This document shows positions 34,089 to 46,985 of a stretch of 64,000 nucleotides of DNA, in pieces (position 1 is the first letter of the stretch; each line of letters begins with the position of its first letter). Made by a program: the position numbers and the translations under genes. Origin of the DNA: Amoebophrya sp. A120 (lineage: Eukaryota; Protista; Dinoflagellata); contig CAJINV010000006.1 of assembly GCA_905178155.1 (NCBI GenBank), forward strand, positions 3,408,437-3,472,436, in the 5' to 3' direction. The notes under the pieces are model-generated. The model worked only from the letters and a program-made list of their open reading frames with translations, searched no databases and had not been told where the DNA came from.

Positions 34089-37000
34089 TTAATACTCTGC
34101 TCCTGCAGATGCCGGCCCAAGAACCTCGGCGTTCTCGTCAACTTCCATGTTGGGAATAGAAGAGCTACCATCCTGCTCTCCCGCTCCGCAATTCCTTCGA
34201 TTTATTTTCGCTCCCTCCAAGCACGCATTTTGTGCCACACTGTACTTCACCACCAGATTGGCCACCGCCTCGTAGAAAAGTTCAGCCGCATGCTCGAACG
34301 TTAGCATCGGGAAGATTGATTGCGCGTTCTGTCCAGGAAGATTTTTGTAGCCGTTATGATCCTTGTCATCTTGCAGGAGCGAAGATTCCTCAAGTAGGAA
34401 TTGGTTCACTAATTTTCGGGTCATGGAGCCCACGTGCACTTCTTCCGTGGTCCTCTCCGCGATCGATGTACTCGCGCCATCCTGATCCGCATCCTGTTGT
34501 GAAGATGCTTGATCAAGTTGTTCCTGCTCCGCTTTTTTAGTTTTACGACCCCCCTTCGCATCTTCCCGCATGAACTTGAGAAAGCTCACCCTTTTATCAA
34601 ACAAAAAAGTGTTAAGGTTAACGTTAACGGTAGCAGTCATGCATTACAAATTTTGCCTCCCATGCATGCTACGCAATACAAATTTGGGCACCTTTTCTGA
34701 TGCGTTACCGCATCACGCATTCCGTTAAGGTTAACACTTTTTCGTGTGATATCTTTTCGCCAGCAAATTCGCCTTCATCACGTTGTAGGTTGTATAGAAG
34801 CTCGAATTGTCAAGAATTTCGTCCTTTTCCCTGATTTCCCCTATCTATGCATTGCAAAAGTAGCGTACTAGTATAAACCAGCCATGCTCCGGCTGCCGCC
34901 GGAGCGCAGGGCTGTTGGGCCGGGGCAAGACTGTTTGCCGATCGGACCACATTTCTTTGGTCTAATATGCACAACGAAACATACTGGAGTCCCGCTCTTT
35001 CCGCCTGTTTGCGCCGCGCCAACCCGCAGGACCACTTGCGCGCTTCCCGCGCCTGTGGGCGCTCTGCGCAGGGAGCAGCTGCAAAGAACACCGGGGGCGA
35101 ACAGAAGCCGCCAGGCGCGAGAGGGTAGCGCGAGAGGGTGGCGCGGGAGGGTGGTGCGGGAGGGTGGCGCGAGAGGGTTGCGCGAGAGGGTGCGCGAGAG
35201 GGTGGCGCGAGAGGGTGGCGCGGAAAGGCGCCGAACAAAACAAGTCCACGACTGGCCTGCAGTGCCAAATATGGGGACTTCCATGCGGATTCGCGCCCGC
35301 CACTTTGCGTTTTTACCCTCTCGCAGACCTCTCGCAGACCCTCTTTTTGACCTCTTTTGGGGGTCCCCGCTAATAATCCGGCTATACTCGCGGGTAGAGG
35401 TCGACAGAGGTGGCCGAGAGGTGGCCAAGAGGGTCCGCGAGAGGTCGCCCCTTATTCGCGCCACCTCTCTCCACCTCTGTCGACCTCTCGCGCCCCCTCT
35501 TTTTGACCTCTCTGCACCCTCTGAGGCACTTAGGCGCCGCCTTAAGGTGGGGCCTTCGGCGGGCTATACTCGCGCACCCTCTCGCCGACCCTCTCGAAAG
35601 GGGGTCCCGCGCCACCTCTCCACCTCTGTCGACCTCTTTTTTACCTCTTTTGACCTCTTTTTGACCTCTCGGCCACCTCTCGTTTACCCTCTGTCTACCT
35701 CTTTTTTCGCATGAATATAATATATAGTAATTGCATTACAGGAAATTTCGGCAAGAAGATGAAAAGTGGGATTTGTAATGCTGTTTTACCTTAGGAGGAA
35801 GATTTGTCATGCATATTTGCAATTAGTACAACGAGTACGATACTTTTGCACAGCATACGGTCTTGACAAAACTGATTAAAGTTTCCAAATACTTCTTCTT
35901 CACTTTCTCCAGAAAGTACAGCTCAATTTCCGTCGACTTCAGCAACTGCTTCGTGTAATAGAGTTCAGGCTGGTGGGTAGGAGGCGTACCAGGAGGGGTG
36001 GAGCTGTTCGATGTGTAGTAGTTTTCTGGTGGACCTCCAAGAACAGTAGAGCTGGTTCTACTAGTACTCTCGAGCGCTGTACTAGTGCTGCTTTCGCTCG
36101 TTCTTGCGCCGGAGGTCGTTGCGTCACGGCTGCCACCGGTTGTTGGACTATGTTGATCAGCTGCAGCTAGCGCCAAGCCACTCAGTTGTGATATCAAAAT
36201 GAAAAATCCCCCGTCCCCATATTGAAACGGAAATTTCTGTTGCTGGATTTGTGTACACAAATCAGCTCTGTCTTGCAATGAGGCACTGCAGGCAAAGCCT
36301 CAGCCTGCGCAGGGGTGTTTTTGTGTAGCTGCTTAGCATAGCAGAGGCCTTCGATGTAGGCGTAACAGCATGACAAATCTCCGGTATGATTATGAAGCGG
36401 CGGACTCTTTGGATTTGCCTCCTCGCAAGAGAGGCAGGATTTGTGGTCACAAATCAGCATCACAAATTTTTAGCAGCATGCCTTTTCAGTATGGGGAGGG
36501 GGGATTTTTCCTCTCAATATGTGAAGCGAAAAACTCAGTTTGTAAGTTCGTGTCGTACTCTTCCAGCGGTTTTGTGATTTCGGTTTGGATATCAACCGTA
36601 AAAGTGTCGGGTCTGGAAGATTGTGACACTTGTCATGCACGTTTTGCATGAGCCATGATGTCTGTGATGCATACCCTAGCAATGCAGATTTTTTGATGGC
36701 TTCTTGATGCCTATCCCGCATGACAAACGCCTTCTCAGCGTAGCAGAAATTGCATTCCCTTTGGTACTCATGCAATACAGATTTTTGTGGCATCCAAATG
36801 CAGCATCACAAGTTGCATTCTTCCAGACCCAGACATTTTTGCATTTGGTATTGGAATTTTTGTTGCAGCCACTCTTCGTCGAAGAAGCTGTCAATGGTCG
36901 AAAATTTATGGTTTCTTGACGACGTAGTAGTTTGTGTTGCACTCCTAGCAGGAACTAGAGGATTTATTTTCGTCTCTACTACTGCCCCCAGCTGTGTCTG

Positions 37001-40000
37001 TTCTTCCGGACGAGGACTTCTCAAAGTGCTCGAAGAGGAGGCTCTACTGCTGCTGTCCGGCGCCGTCCTCGCAGTCAGGGCTGCCAAAGCTAAATCAATC
37101 TCTTCTTCAAAGCTTTTCCAGATTTCCTTTGCGTTGTTTCGCTTGTCGTAGTTGTCCTGCGTACGCCCCCCGAACACCGCTGGAGCCACGCCCTGTAGCA
37201 TGTTCTTGGGATCACCGATGCTGAAGAACGCTTTCACAAAAGATTCGGCTTTCTGGACTAGCTTGGCTCGGTGGAGCTCCGCTTCTTCTTCGTCGAGATC
37301 TTGGCGGATGAGTTTTGGTATGCGGTGGAAAAATTCAAAGAAAAAAAATCGAATGTGAAGGTCGTGGACTGCAGATTTTTTATCGCATGTATCTACTTTT
37401 GAGTAGGCGTGCGCCTGCGGGCCTAAATTCCGGTGGGTTGGTCGGTTGGTTGGTTGGTTTTGGACAGACGACATTTGACCGAATTTACAAAAGTATGGGG
37501 ACACGCCTTCCGGGTAGGTGCGCAGGACGTGTTGCAGCTGCAGGCAGTTGTCCTTCTACAGTCTGTCTAAAGTTTGTCTAAAGTTGCAACATAGGCAAAT
37601 TCGCACACGATTTTGCAAATTTGCAACTTTAGACTTCATTTTAGAAGAAGTGTCTAAGCCGAAAATTACCATGTCGACGTCAGTTGCGGCAGCTGCGAGG
37701 AGCAACTGACGATCAGGTAGAGAGCCAAGAACATGTTCATGATCAGGCTCATGAACATGTTCTTCCCTGGACCAAGCACATTCATCTTCATCATCATACA
37801 TCCATGATGAAGGTGTCGGCTTATTACACGTTCGTTCCCGACGAACAAAATCTATCGCGGCTTGCATCATGGGCAGGCATGGCCGTGCTTGGCGCCGATC
37901 AAGAAAAAAAGCACACAACGTGAACAGGAAAAATCTTGCGCCAAAGGACGGAAGATTTTTGCCTGTGCAGAACTCCCTGCCCCATTGCTCGCAGAATACG
38001 ACCAGCAAGAACAACTGCAACCCTAGAGATTGAGACCAAGATCCCCGACACCAAAACCCAAACGAAAAGTGTCTCGACCAATGTAAACACCCGGAGGTCG
38101 TCAAAGGTTTGCGGACTGGACAGCGCCCAACACAATGGCGACAACCCAGATGGCCCCACGGACCAGAACCACCCCAATCCGGCCACGCGATCCCCGAGGG
38201 CCACCAAGAATACGAAGCGAGGAAAATTGAAAAGGCCTCCACTTTAAGCCGTTAGATAGAACAAAAGACCGCCCCCGGGTCTCCCGCTTGACCCCCCCCC
38301 CCAATTGGCAGGTGGGTGGGTAGGTCGGTAGGCGTAGCCAATAGGCAAGACACGCTCGCCCCGCCCCCCCCCCCATCAGGCAGGGGGGGGTAGGTCGGTA
38401 GGCGTGGCCAATAGGCAGCGCGCGCTCCCTCGCCCCACCCACCCACCAGGCTGGTGGGTGGGTAGGTCGGTAGGCGTGGCCAAGGGGCAGCGCACGCTCG
38501 CCCCACCCACTCACCGGCAAGGTGGGTGGGTGGGTCGGTAGGTGTGGCCAATAGGCAGCGCACGCTCGCCCCACCCACCCACCAGGCTGGTGGGTGGGTA
38601 GGTCGGTAGGCGTGGCCAATAGGCAGCGCGCGCTTCCTCGCCCCACCCACCCACCAGGCTGGTGGGTGGGTAGGTCGGTAGGCGTGACCAGTAGGCAGCT
38701 GTCTCTGGATGGAAGCAAAGGGATAGGTAGGTAGGTAGGTCGGTGCAATCGCGGTACTACAATGAAAATGAATCGAAAAGACGCCAGGTAGGCGGGTAGG
38801 TAGGCAGCTTCAACAGTAATAGTAGACGAATCTCAGAAAAACGCAAAACACAACGCAGCGGGTTCGGTCAAATGTCGTCTGTCCAAAACCAACCAACCAA
38901 CCGACCAACCCACCGGAATTTAGGCCCGCAGGCCCACGCCTATTGCTACTTTTGTATTCTCCAAAGTACAACGCTCGTCCTGAATCATCATGCAGACTGT
39001 AGTCCTATTGTGTGCCAATGTCAGCAAATAGGAGTTTGCAATGTAAAGCTGCTCACGGTTCGATTTTACTCCTGATTCCTCCTTCCATACCGATAGCTGC
39101 TGCCTGTAAGGCCACTATTTCTCTCTTCGCTGCAGCTTTACTCAGTTGTGCCACCGTTTTTCTTTCCTTTCCGCAAAAACACTCGTATTCGATTTCGTCT
39201 TGAAAAATCTGCAACAGTTCTTGTTTCTGGTGTTCATCCGTACTTTCATCCGACGAAATTCCTTCCAGCACTTCCTTCTCAAAAAACCAGTCCACACTCT
39301 TCGCGTAGTCCAGAGCGGTTTCTTATCCAGGAAAAAACTACAACCATCCCCATCCATTTCATGCATGACAAACACAGAAATTTATACATGTTTTGCATGA
39401 CAAATTGGATGGGGATGGTTCGTTTTTTTGTGGATACCTCTTTGTCGTCGTAGAACTGTTCCAACAAGATTTTCTTCGCGGTGTTTTATCAACTGCAAAT
39501 ATGTCTGGGTCTGGAAGAGTGTAAAATTGTCATGCAGGTTTTCCATGACCACTGAGGTCTGGCATGCGGGACCTAGCACGACAGAGTCTGTGAGGTCTCT
39601 GTCATGCCTATCCTGCGTGAGAAACTCCCTCCCAACTTGGTCGAAAGTGGACAGCTTTTGGCAATCATGCAACACAGATTTTTGCATGATTCGGCTTTAG
39701 CATGACAAGTTGCAATTTTCCAGACCCAGACATTTTTGCAATCCATATGTTCAAATCTTTCTCAATTCTTTTCAATTTCAGCTTCTTCAACGGAAGTTTA
39801 TGCGCCAGAAACCGCGCGTTGAAGACAAAATTTTTCCCCGTGCCCTGGCAATCGATAAAAATAAACAACGCTTTCTGGTGCAGAGATTTGAGCTGGTTTT
39901 CCACTTTGATCAAGTCGCGTTCGATCCAGGAGATTAGATAATCGGAAAAACTGCTGGCGTTTTGTTTCCCGTTGATGAGGCGTTTTCGGTTTTGGAAAAT

Positions 40001-43000
40001 AAATGCAGAGTCGTAGTAGAGAAATTCTGATGTAGTTGGGGCGGCGTGGTCCTCTTCCGATCTTGTTGTGAAGATGCGCCCCCGCTCATTTTCACTGTCA
40101 CTCAATAACATCTTCTGAAACGCCAACGCCCGCTGGACTAGCAAATCCGCGATTTGCATCTCCACGTTGAACTGATCCCCATCTTCATCCGACGCGAGCA
40201 GACTCGGCTATGGGGCTCGCAACTGTTACACTCTCAGCTGGAGCTGTTACATGATTTGTGATGCAAAATTACCACCAGAGTCGACACGATCAAGCTACTT
40301 CGCATGACCAATTCTCAAGGGGCCAAACAGGCTGACAATCTGCGCCAAATCTCAATCTGTCATGCAAGACGCGCTGCAAGTTCCCCTTTCACTTTTGCCA
40401 TTCTTGCATCACAAACTCATGTAGCATTTGAGAGTGTAACAGTTGCGAAGGCCATATCGGCACGCGGTTTTTTTTGTAGGTGAAAAGCAGCCGACGCGAA
40501 ATCTGCAGGGCTGTTTGGAGTTTTTGCAGGCCTTGAGAGAGGACCGCGCGGGAGGGAAAAGTAGCCGTGGTGGTTGCGCGGGCGGCTGGAGTTTCGTTTT
40601 TGTGGTCCTCGGTCGTTGTACGTGTGGTCGGCGCACAGGAACTTCTTAGCGCTTGCACATCAGCCAGTTGCAGATCCATCTCTACTTCCTGTCCCTGCGC
40701 TTCTGATAAAGCCTGTGCGTAGTGCTGAGAAGAGTGTTGGCTGGGCTCCGTCGCGGGGTCACGAGGAAAATGAGCGGGCTGGTGCGGTTGCTGTTTTCGT
40801 TCCTCTTGCATCTGCTCGTCTTTCCCTGGTAGGTCTGTGTCGGTCCGCCCACCACGCAAAAAAACTTCACCGGTCGTGGCATGAAAAATGTCCCGCAGCT
40901 ATCCCACGAAAAACCTGTTTCACTGTGATGGTTTTGCAATATCTGCATCACAAGTTTGCTACACATGACGCGGAAAACTTGCCATGCGCGCTTCCCAAGG
41001 GAAAACACGCTTCAAAATCCAATGTCTTGCAGGTGTAGCAAGACAAACACTTTGGTGCTTCGTTTTCTGCATCACAAGTTCACAGTGAAACAGTTTTTTC
41101 TTGCGATAACAGCCCTTCTTTGGTCAATCGCTCCACTTTGTCAAACCAGCTCATCGTCGCGCCCGACGGTGCAGATGGACGCACTTGCTCTGTTGGAGGT
41201 GGCACCAGCTCCATAGAATCGAAATCCACCCGATCCTGGATGTTGAGCTGCTTTTTCACAACCAGTGCAGCTACTTGTCGTGCGCTACTAGATGCAGGAG
41301 AGGTGATGGTGGGCGACAAGGAGGTGGAGCAGCAAGGCTCTGCTGTAGTGCCGTCTGCTCGACGTCCGACGCAGTTTCCCGCGGAACGATTTGTGCTGTC
41401 GCTCAAGACGAGCATCCTGGAGGGAGATGAACCTGAAGTGGCTCCGTCAGTCGAGCACATACTGTTCCCCGAGACGCTGCGTCGAAAAGACCCCTGCACG
41501 TCCACGTCCTGTTCTAAAATCAGCGTTTCTTCTACGTCTTTCTGGAAATCGTAATTCAAGGGCGGGAGGTATCACAGGGAAAAGTGTTCATGTTAACGGA
41601 ATCTGTGATGCAGTAGTGCATCACAAAACGTGCCCAAATTTGTCATGCATGGCATGCATATTAAGCAACATTTGTCATGCATGTTTGCAATCTATGAAAA
41701 CCGTTAACGTAGGTAACACTTTTTTGTTTGATAGAAGGGTCCGCTGACTCTTACCCGTAATCGGGTTGTAGAAGTAGCGAAATGGCTTTTTTTATCGCAA
41801 GAAAAAAGTGTTACAGTTACACATTGTGTTGCAAGACCGGCAACACAGACAACCTGTCTCATGCAGGAAATGCTTGGGACGAGCCTCGTTTCCTTTCTGT
41901 TTTCCCTTGTGATCTTCGCATTACAAGTTTTCTCTGCCACGCAGAGAAAATTTGTGATGCAGAAACTCCAACAAATGTGTAACTGTAACACTTTTCTCTC
42001 ATGATATCTTTTGGCCAAGATGTTGAACGCTGCCTACCTTTTCACCTACTTGTTCATTCGGTTCTTCTATCACAACTTCCCACGGCACCGGCAAATCCGC
42101 CGTTGTGGCGGTCGCCGAGAGGTAGAGGAGGGGAGAAACGAATTTTATTTCCCCTGCACTACCTTCTGGAACGAGACGTGCGTTTTGGTCCATCGGGACG
42201 ACCGCACCTGGCGCACCACCTCCGATACTAAAGACAGATTGCAGCAATGCCCGTCCGCTGTTGCTCGTGCTTGTAGGAGGTGATATGGACGAGTTCTTGG
42301 AGCGCGGTGTTCCTTGGTGGTGTGCCACGACCTGTCCGCCTCTACTACTTGCCCTGGTACCTCCGACAGCTACGGAACTCGTTGTTCTCATCAGTTCTTC
42401 CACGAGCGGCTTCAGGACTTTTGCGAAGTGATCACGTTGCTTATTTTGCTCCTGCGCAGTTCGATGACCACTGCTACCTCGTGAACCATCGGCGCTGCGC
42501 TGTTCCTGTTTCTGGACAAACAAATCCTGTTGCAACATTTTTACAGCACTGGAACCGAGAAAAATTCTAGGACAAGGTTCTCCTTCTAGAGCAGCGAAGC
42601 GGCCTCGTGGAGGATTTCCAATTCCACCTGCGGCTTCTCTGATTGTACCATTTATTTCCGGCTGCAATTGTTGTTGTTCGCCTAGTGCAGGAGCTTCATC
42701 TTCATGGCAAGATGTTGAAAAGAACTGGTTTATCGCCGCGGCAGAGAGCGGAAAGACGGTACGTATTTTCATCGTGTTTTTCTGCTCTTTTATCGTGGTC
42801 CCATTCGGAGTTGCGGGGAAAAATGTAGATTCGGACTCCCGCAGCCAAAAGATTTGCTCGATCGGTGGGTGGGTTGCCTTTTCCTTTCGTAGTCCACACT
42901 GTTGGCGTTGCCCTTGCGATGTTGAAGCCGTTTTGGTAGTTCTTAGTACGTCTTCGTTGTAAAGGAAGAGCTTCGTATTGGTCCAATGCTCCGCCTCGAG

Positions 43001-46000
43001 TTTGTCAGCAAATGCGGCTGCACGACTAACACTTGACTCCTTCTCATCGCTCCCTTGCCATGCGACCAACAGCACCGGGGGCGCGGAGAAGGCGATACAA
43101 GAGACCTCCTTGTCTGCGAACAGCGTGTTCATAAGATGGTTCGTCCCACTACCGCTCGAGGTTGCCAGCAACCTCTTCACCACCAACGCAACTGCTCCGC
43201 CGGTTCCATACCCCGTGAGGAGCAATTTATCGAATCTTGCACGGAACAGCTTTCCACCCAGAAGTTCTAAAGAAAGTTGCTGGATCGCGCGCTGCGCTTG
43301 GGCGTAAAATTCTGGCTTGAAGCGAGTTATAGCCTTCAAGCCGTTTCGCATTTCTGCTTCGGCACCTCCTCCGAGGACCGGGCCTTCTTGCAGCTCTTCA
43401 CCCTTTGACGGTGTTTTATCAGACCCGAAGACAAAATACGCCGTTCTGGTTTGTTCGTGGATGTGAAAGAACCAGGAAGTTTTACTGTGGGGAGCAGAAA
43501 AATTATCCTGACAAGAACGCATCGTCGGTGGTTCAACATCTTCAGCTGACTTTGCTGTCTCGTCGCGGCCGAGCTGCAACTGCTGCATCTTCGCGGAAAG
43601 AGAATTGTGGCCCTCGTCGCGGTCCTCCTGCAAAGATCTTAACTCCTCTTCCACTTTCGCAGTGCGACTTTGGATTCCGGGCAGCTTTCGGCAGAATGTT
43701 TTTGCGTTGATTGTTCTTGTCGAATGAAGTGGAGTGCCGGTCGTGTGTTTGCCATCCGGCAGGGTAGGCTGCTGCTCTTGTTGTGCGACCTGCTGCATCT
43801 TCTTCTGCAACACTTGTTGTATTCCTGGCACGACAGGAGTTGGAGTTGCATTTGCTTCCGGGACGGGGGAATTGTCCCCCATCCCCATGACCACTGGAGG
43901 TCCATTGTAACAAGCAGATGTCTTCTTCAAAATCGAGCGGGGCTGCAATTTAGGCAGGTCTTCAGCACTAGAGGAAGACTCAGACGCACCACCGAGTTCT
44001 TGGCTGATCTTTACGGTTGGATTGCTGCAGGAATTATGGACTTGTTCTGTATGCGAGATAGCGACAGCCTGTTCGACGTCATAATCCATTCCATCATCCC
44101 TATCTTCTTCGTCGTCCACCGAATGCGCGGTATTGACACTTCCTCGCAGGGAAGATTTAGATTCATTCTCGCCTGCATCTTCTTCCTCCCCCTCCTCCTC
44201 AACACTCGACTCCGAGCTAGGAGAAGTTCTTGGCAAGCCTCCCCTAAGATGTTGTCCAGCGGTCGTGCCAAAACGTCGACCTCGGTGCAGATACCGCATT
44301 TTCGGGTTGCAGCTCTGGAGGTCGTGGATCCCGCTGCTGTACTGCTCGCCAGTTGTGCTGTAGTTGCACACTTGGAAGGGTAGAACGTGGGCTCCTGTAG
44401 TTCGGAGTGGTTCCTGTGCGGCCTGTTGCCCAACTTGTGCTGAACCCCGCGCGTCAAAGGTGTGTTTGTCCTCCCGACGACAACTCGCTGCGGGCCTGCA
44501 CGTCGACAAAGCTTCTGACACGCGAGTTCCCGCTTCGCTTATTTCGCTAGTACTACGACTCGTGTGGTCATTGTGTCCAAACAGCAAAACCTGTTTTTGT
44601 TTCCAAATGGCAAACCCGGCTAAAGCTTCGGCATCCGGACTTTTGGAAAACAACGCGGTCTCGATTTTTTCATCAGACGTTTTTGAGTCGTTGTCCTCGT
44701 TGTGGCTCAAGAACAGGGAGGTGTACTCAACCGCTTTCAAATATGGAGTTCTCGAATGTTACACTCTCAATTGGCACATGAGTTTGTAATGCAAGACTGG
44801 CAAAAGTGAGAGGAGGAAGATTGCGGCTTTTGCATTACAAGTCTGGCGCAGATTTAGGCGCGGCTTAGCTCTTCGCAAATTTGTCATGCGGAGCAGCTTG
44901 ATCGTGAGGATGATCATGATGATGGTGCTTTTGCATGACAAATCCGTGTAAAAGTTGAGAATGTAACAGTTGAGAATGCCATATCAGAACCTCCTGCTTG
45001 CTCTTCTCATCCATGTTCAAAATTTCTTCCACTGACGAGTTTTCGGCGAAGGGAGTGAAAAAAACGGTGTCGTATGAGAGTGCACAACTCTCCTTCACTC
45101 ACATTTGTCATGCAAATCTGCAATCCCAGCCATTGCCGTGTCGTCGTCGTGGGCTTACCTTCTTGCATAACATGCTCCTACAAGAACACTCCAAACTGCA
45201 CTACATTGTTCCATGTATCAAGTAGATCTTGTCATGCAGAAATTACGTTCCTGCTGCTGTTTCTGTTGCTGCTCATGCCCTCATACCAATGGGGGCATAA
45301 ATAAGCGGGAGTTGCTGTGCAGCACTCACACTCTCATATGTCGGGCGTCGTGTCCATTTCCGTCGTCATCTGCTCAAAAACCGCGAAATCTGCGTCGTGT
45401 AGAATTTCTTCTTGTTTCCGCTGAATAACGGATATTTCGCGACTCCTGGTCATAGAGTCGTCGTGTGTGGTGCTTGTAATTATATCGAGTTGTGCTCCTG
45501 CACCTCGTCCGGCAACGTGGTCCGCGATTTTTTCCGCCGCTTTCGTAAGACCCATCTGGAGGTGCGACGTCGAACATGATGCTGAACAATCTTTAATATT
45601 ATCCGGACTCGCACTGCTCCCGAGCTTGGGGCTGTTCTTCGCGCTGCTCGTACTAGGATCTTCATCTCCACCCGCGGGCGCCAATACCGCAGCTGTTGCG
45701 CCGTTCTTCGAGCCCTTTCGACTCGTTCCAGCCTCCCGGCTGTAAGAACGGTCAACGAAGAGGGACTTTTCAAATTCGGTTTCGAAGGGACAAGATTTCG
45801 AAGTTTTATTTTCATCTTCTTCGTCGCTCTTGTAATTCCGCTTCGCAATATCCCTTGGCGTCGGAGAATCCGGGAGACACACGCCGGGGGAATCGGGGAA
45901 AAGGCGAATCGGTAGGGGCGATTGGATTTGGTGCGGCAAAGTTGTAAAAGGCTCGTTAAAAATATTAAAACTAGCGGCCGCACGTTCTTGAGATGATTGC

Positions 46001-46179
46001 TCCACAGCTTGCGAAGCAGCTTTCTCAAGCTTTATCCTCACGGCCGCGCAAGTGGAAATTGTGGCCGTGTGGAGCAAGATTAGCGAGGACACCAGCACCA
46101 CCAGGGCGGGCCCCGACAAAAGAGTGCTGTTCCCCCAGATCATACCGCCGAGAGAAGAAGTAGATCGTAACACGGGCAT
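34089..46179 (-). CDS. Very large protein with N-terminal hydrophobic segment, degenerate class-3 lipase-like motif and WW-like domain; 12 elements
   Basis: LLLTGYGTGGAVALVV...CIAFSAPPV lies in the 42007-44741 exon. LPVPWEVV...KPFRYFYNPITGKSQRTLP forms only after removal of element 41793-42006. The junction across about 37320-39057 is uncertain, so this could be two genes. Confidence 0.65.
34878..35728. mobile_element. 851-bp minisatellite-bearing insertion nested in a family-B element
   Basis: Splits host TATAAA^TTGCAT with an AA duplication and ends ATAGT. Contains GAGAGGGTGGCGC repeats and inverted CCACCTCTC repeats. Confidence 0.8.
36192..36519. mobile_element. Introner family I (TATCAAAATGAAAAATCCCC..CCCCATAT, about 320 bp); 3 copies
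   Basis: DR TGTGA. Others: 19803-20118, 57238-57558. Confidence 0.88.
37401..38945. mobile_element. Non-autonomous DNA transposon with 83-bp TIRs and 8(-9)-bp target duplication
   Basis: TIRs 37401-37483 and 38863-38945 are nearly perfect. CTACTTTT(G) flanks both ends. Internal G-rich tandem repeats at 38305-38700. Confidence 0.9.
39324..39436. mobile_element. Introner family N (TATC....AAAAAA..ACCATCCCC, 113-128 bp); 2 copies
   Basis: Nearly whole-length hairpin. The other copy is 47989-48116. Confidence 0.8.
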
Positions 46180-46985
46180 AGTTCTTGTGTCCAAGGTTAA
46201 GATATCATGTGCATATGGACCACAAGCTCCACAAAACTGAAAGCAAAACAAAACAAAACCTCTATTAACGGCGATGCAGTTCTTACTTCAAGTCCAACTA
46301 AGTACTTGAGATCATATTCGACAACAACAACTACCTAGGTAATCGAGGGGCTGTAAAAATGATCGGTATATGCAAAATCAAAAAAACTTTTTGTCAGCAC
46401 ATCATGCAGCTTGAAGTTAACGAGAGAAGCCTGCTTCGCTTTCGTGGTCACAGATCAGATTCACAAAATGAGCGAGACAGTGAAAATATGAAAATAGTAG
46501 GCTCAAATTCGTAGTACTTACACATACCAACTACCCGGAAATCTGGTCTGGTAAATCGCAATCCATGAAAATAATCAGCAATGCTTGCATGCAAGCAAAA
46601 CAACAAGTCACACAGTTATTTAGGGATCCTCAAATCTGATGTGACGCACGCTGCTGCAACGGAAATTTCAACTTGAACAAAATAGCCTTCACATTGTACG
46701 AAACGTACTGTCGGAGGTGAGCGATAATCTTTGACACCGAAGCTAGTAGTACTTGCACTTGCTGACGTGATCACTTCAAAAGTTCAAGTGCTGCGGTTAG
46801 TGGAGCCGATGGAAATAAGCAATCAGCTTCCAGTCAGATTGTGAATGCGATTTCTGTTTCGTTTTTCGTGCCTATTCCTAGGTATAAAAATTTCGTAGGC
46901 GTTCTTTTAAAAAGCCTCCAAATTATAGGCACCTTAGAATAAACGTCGAGAAAACGCACGGACACGATCTGAGCAGCATCCTATT

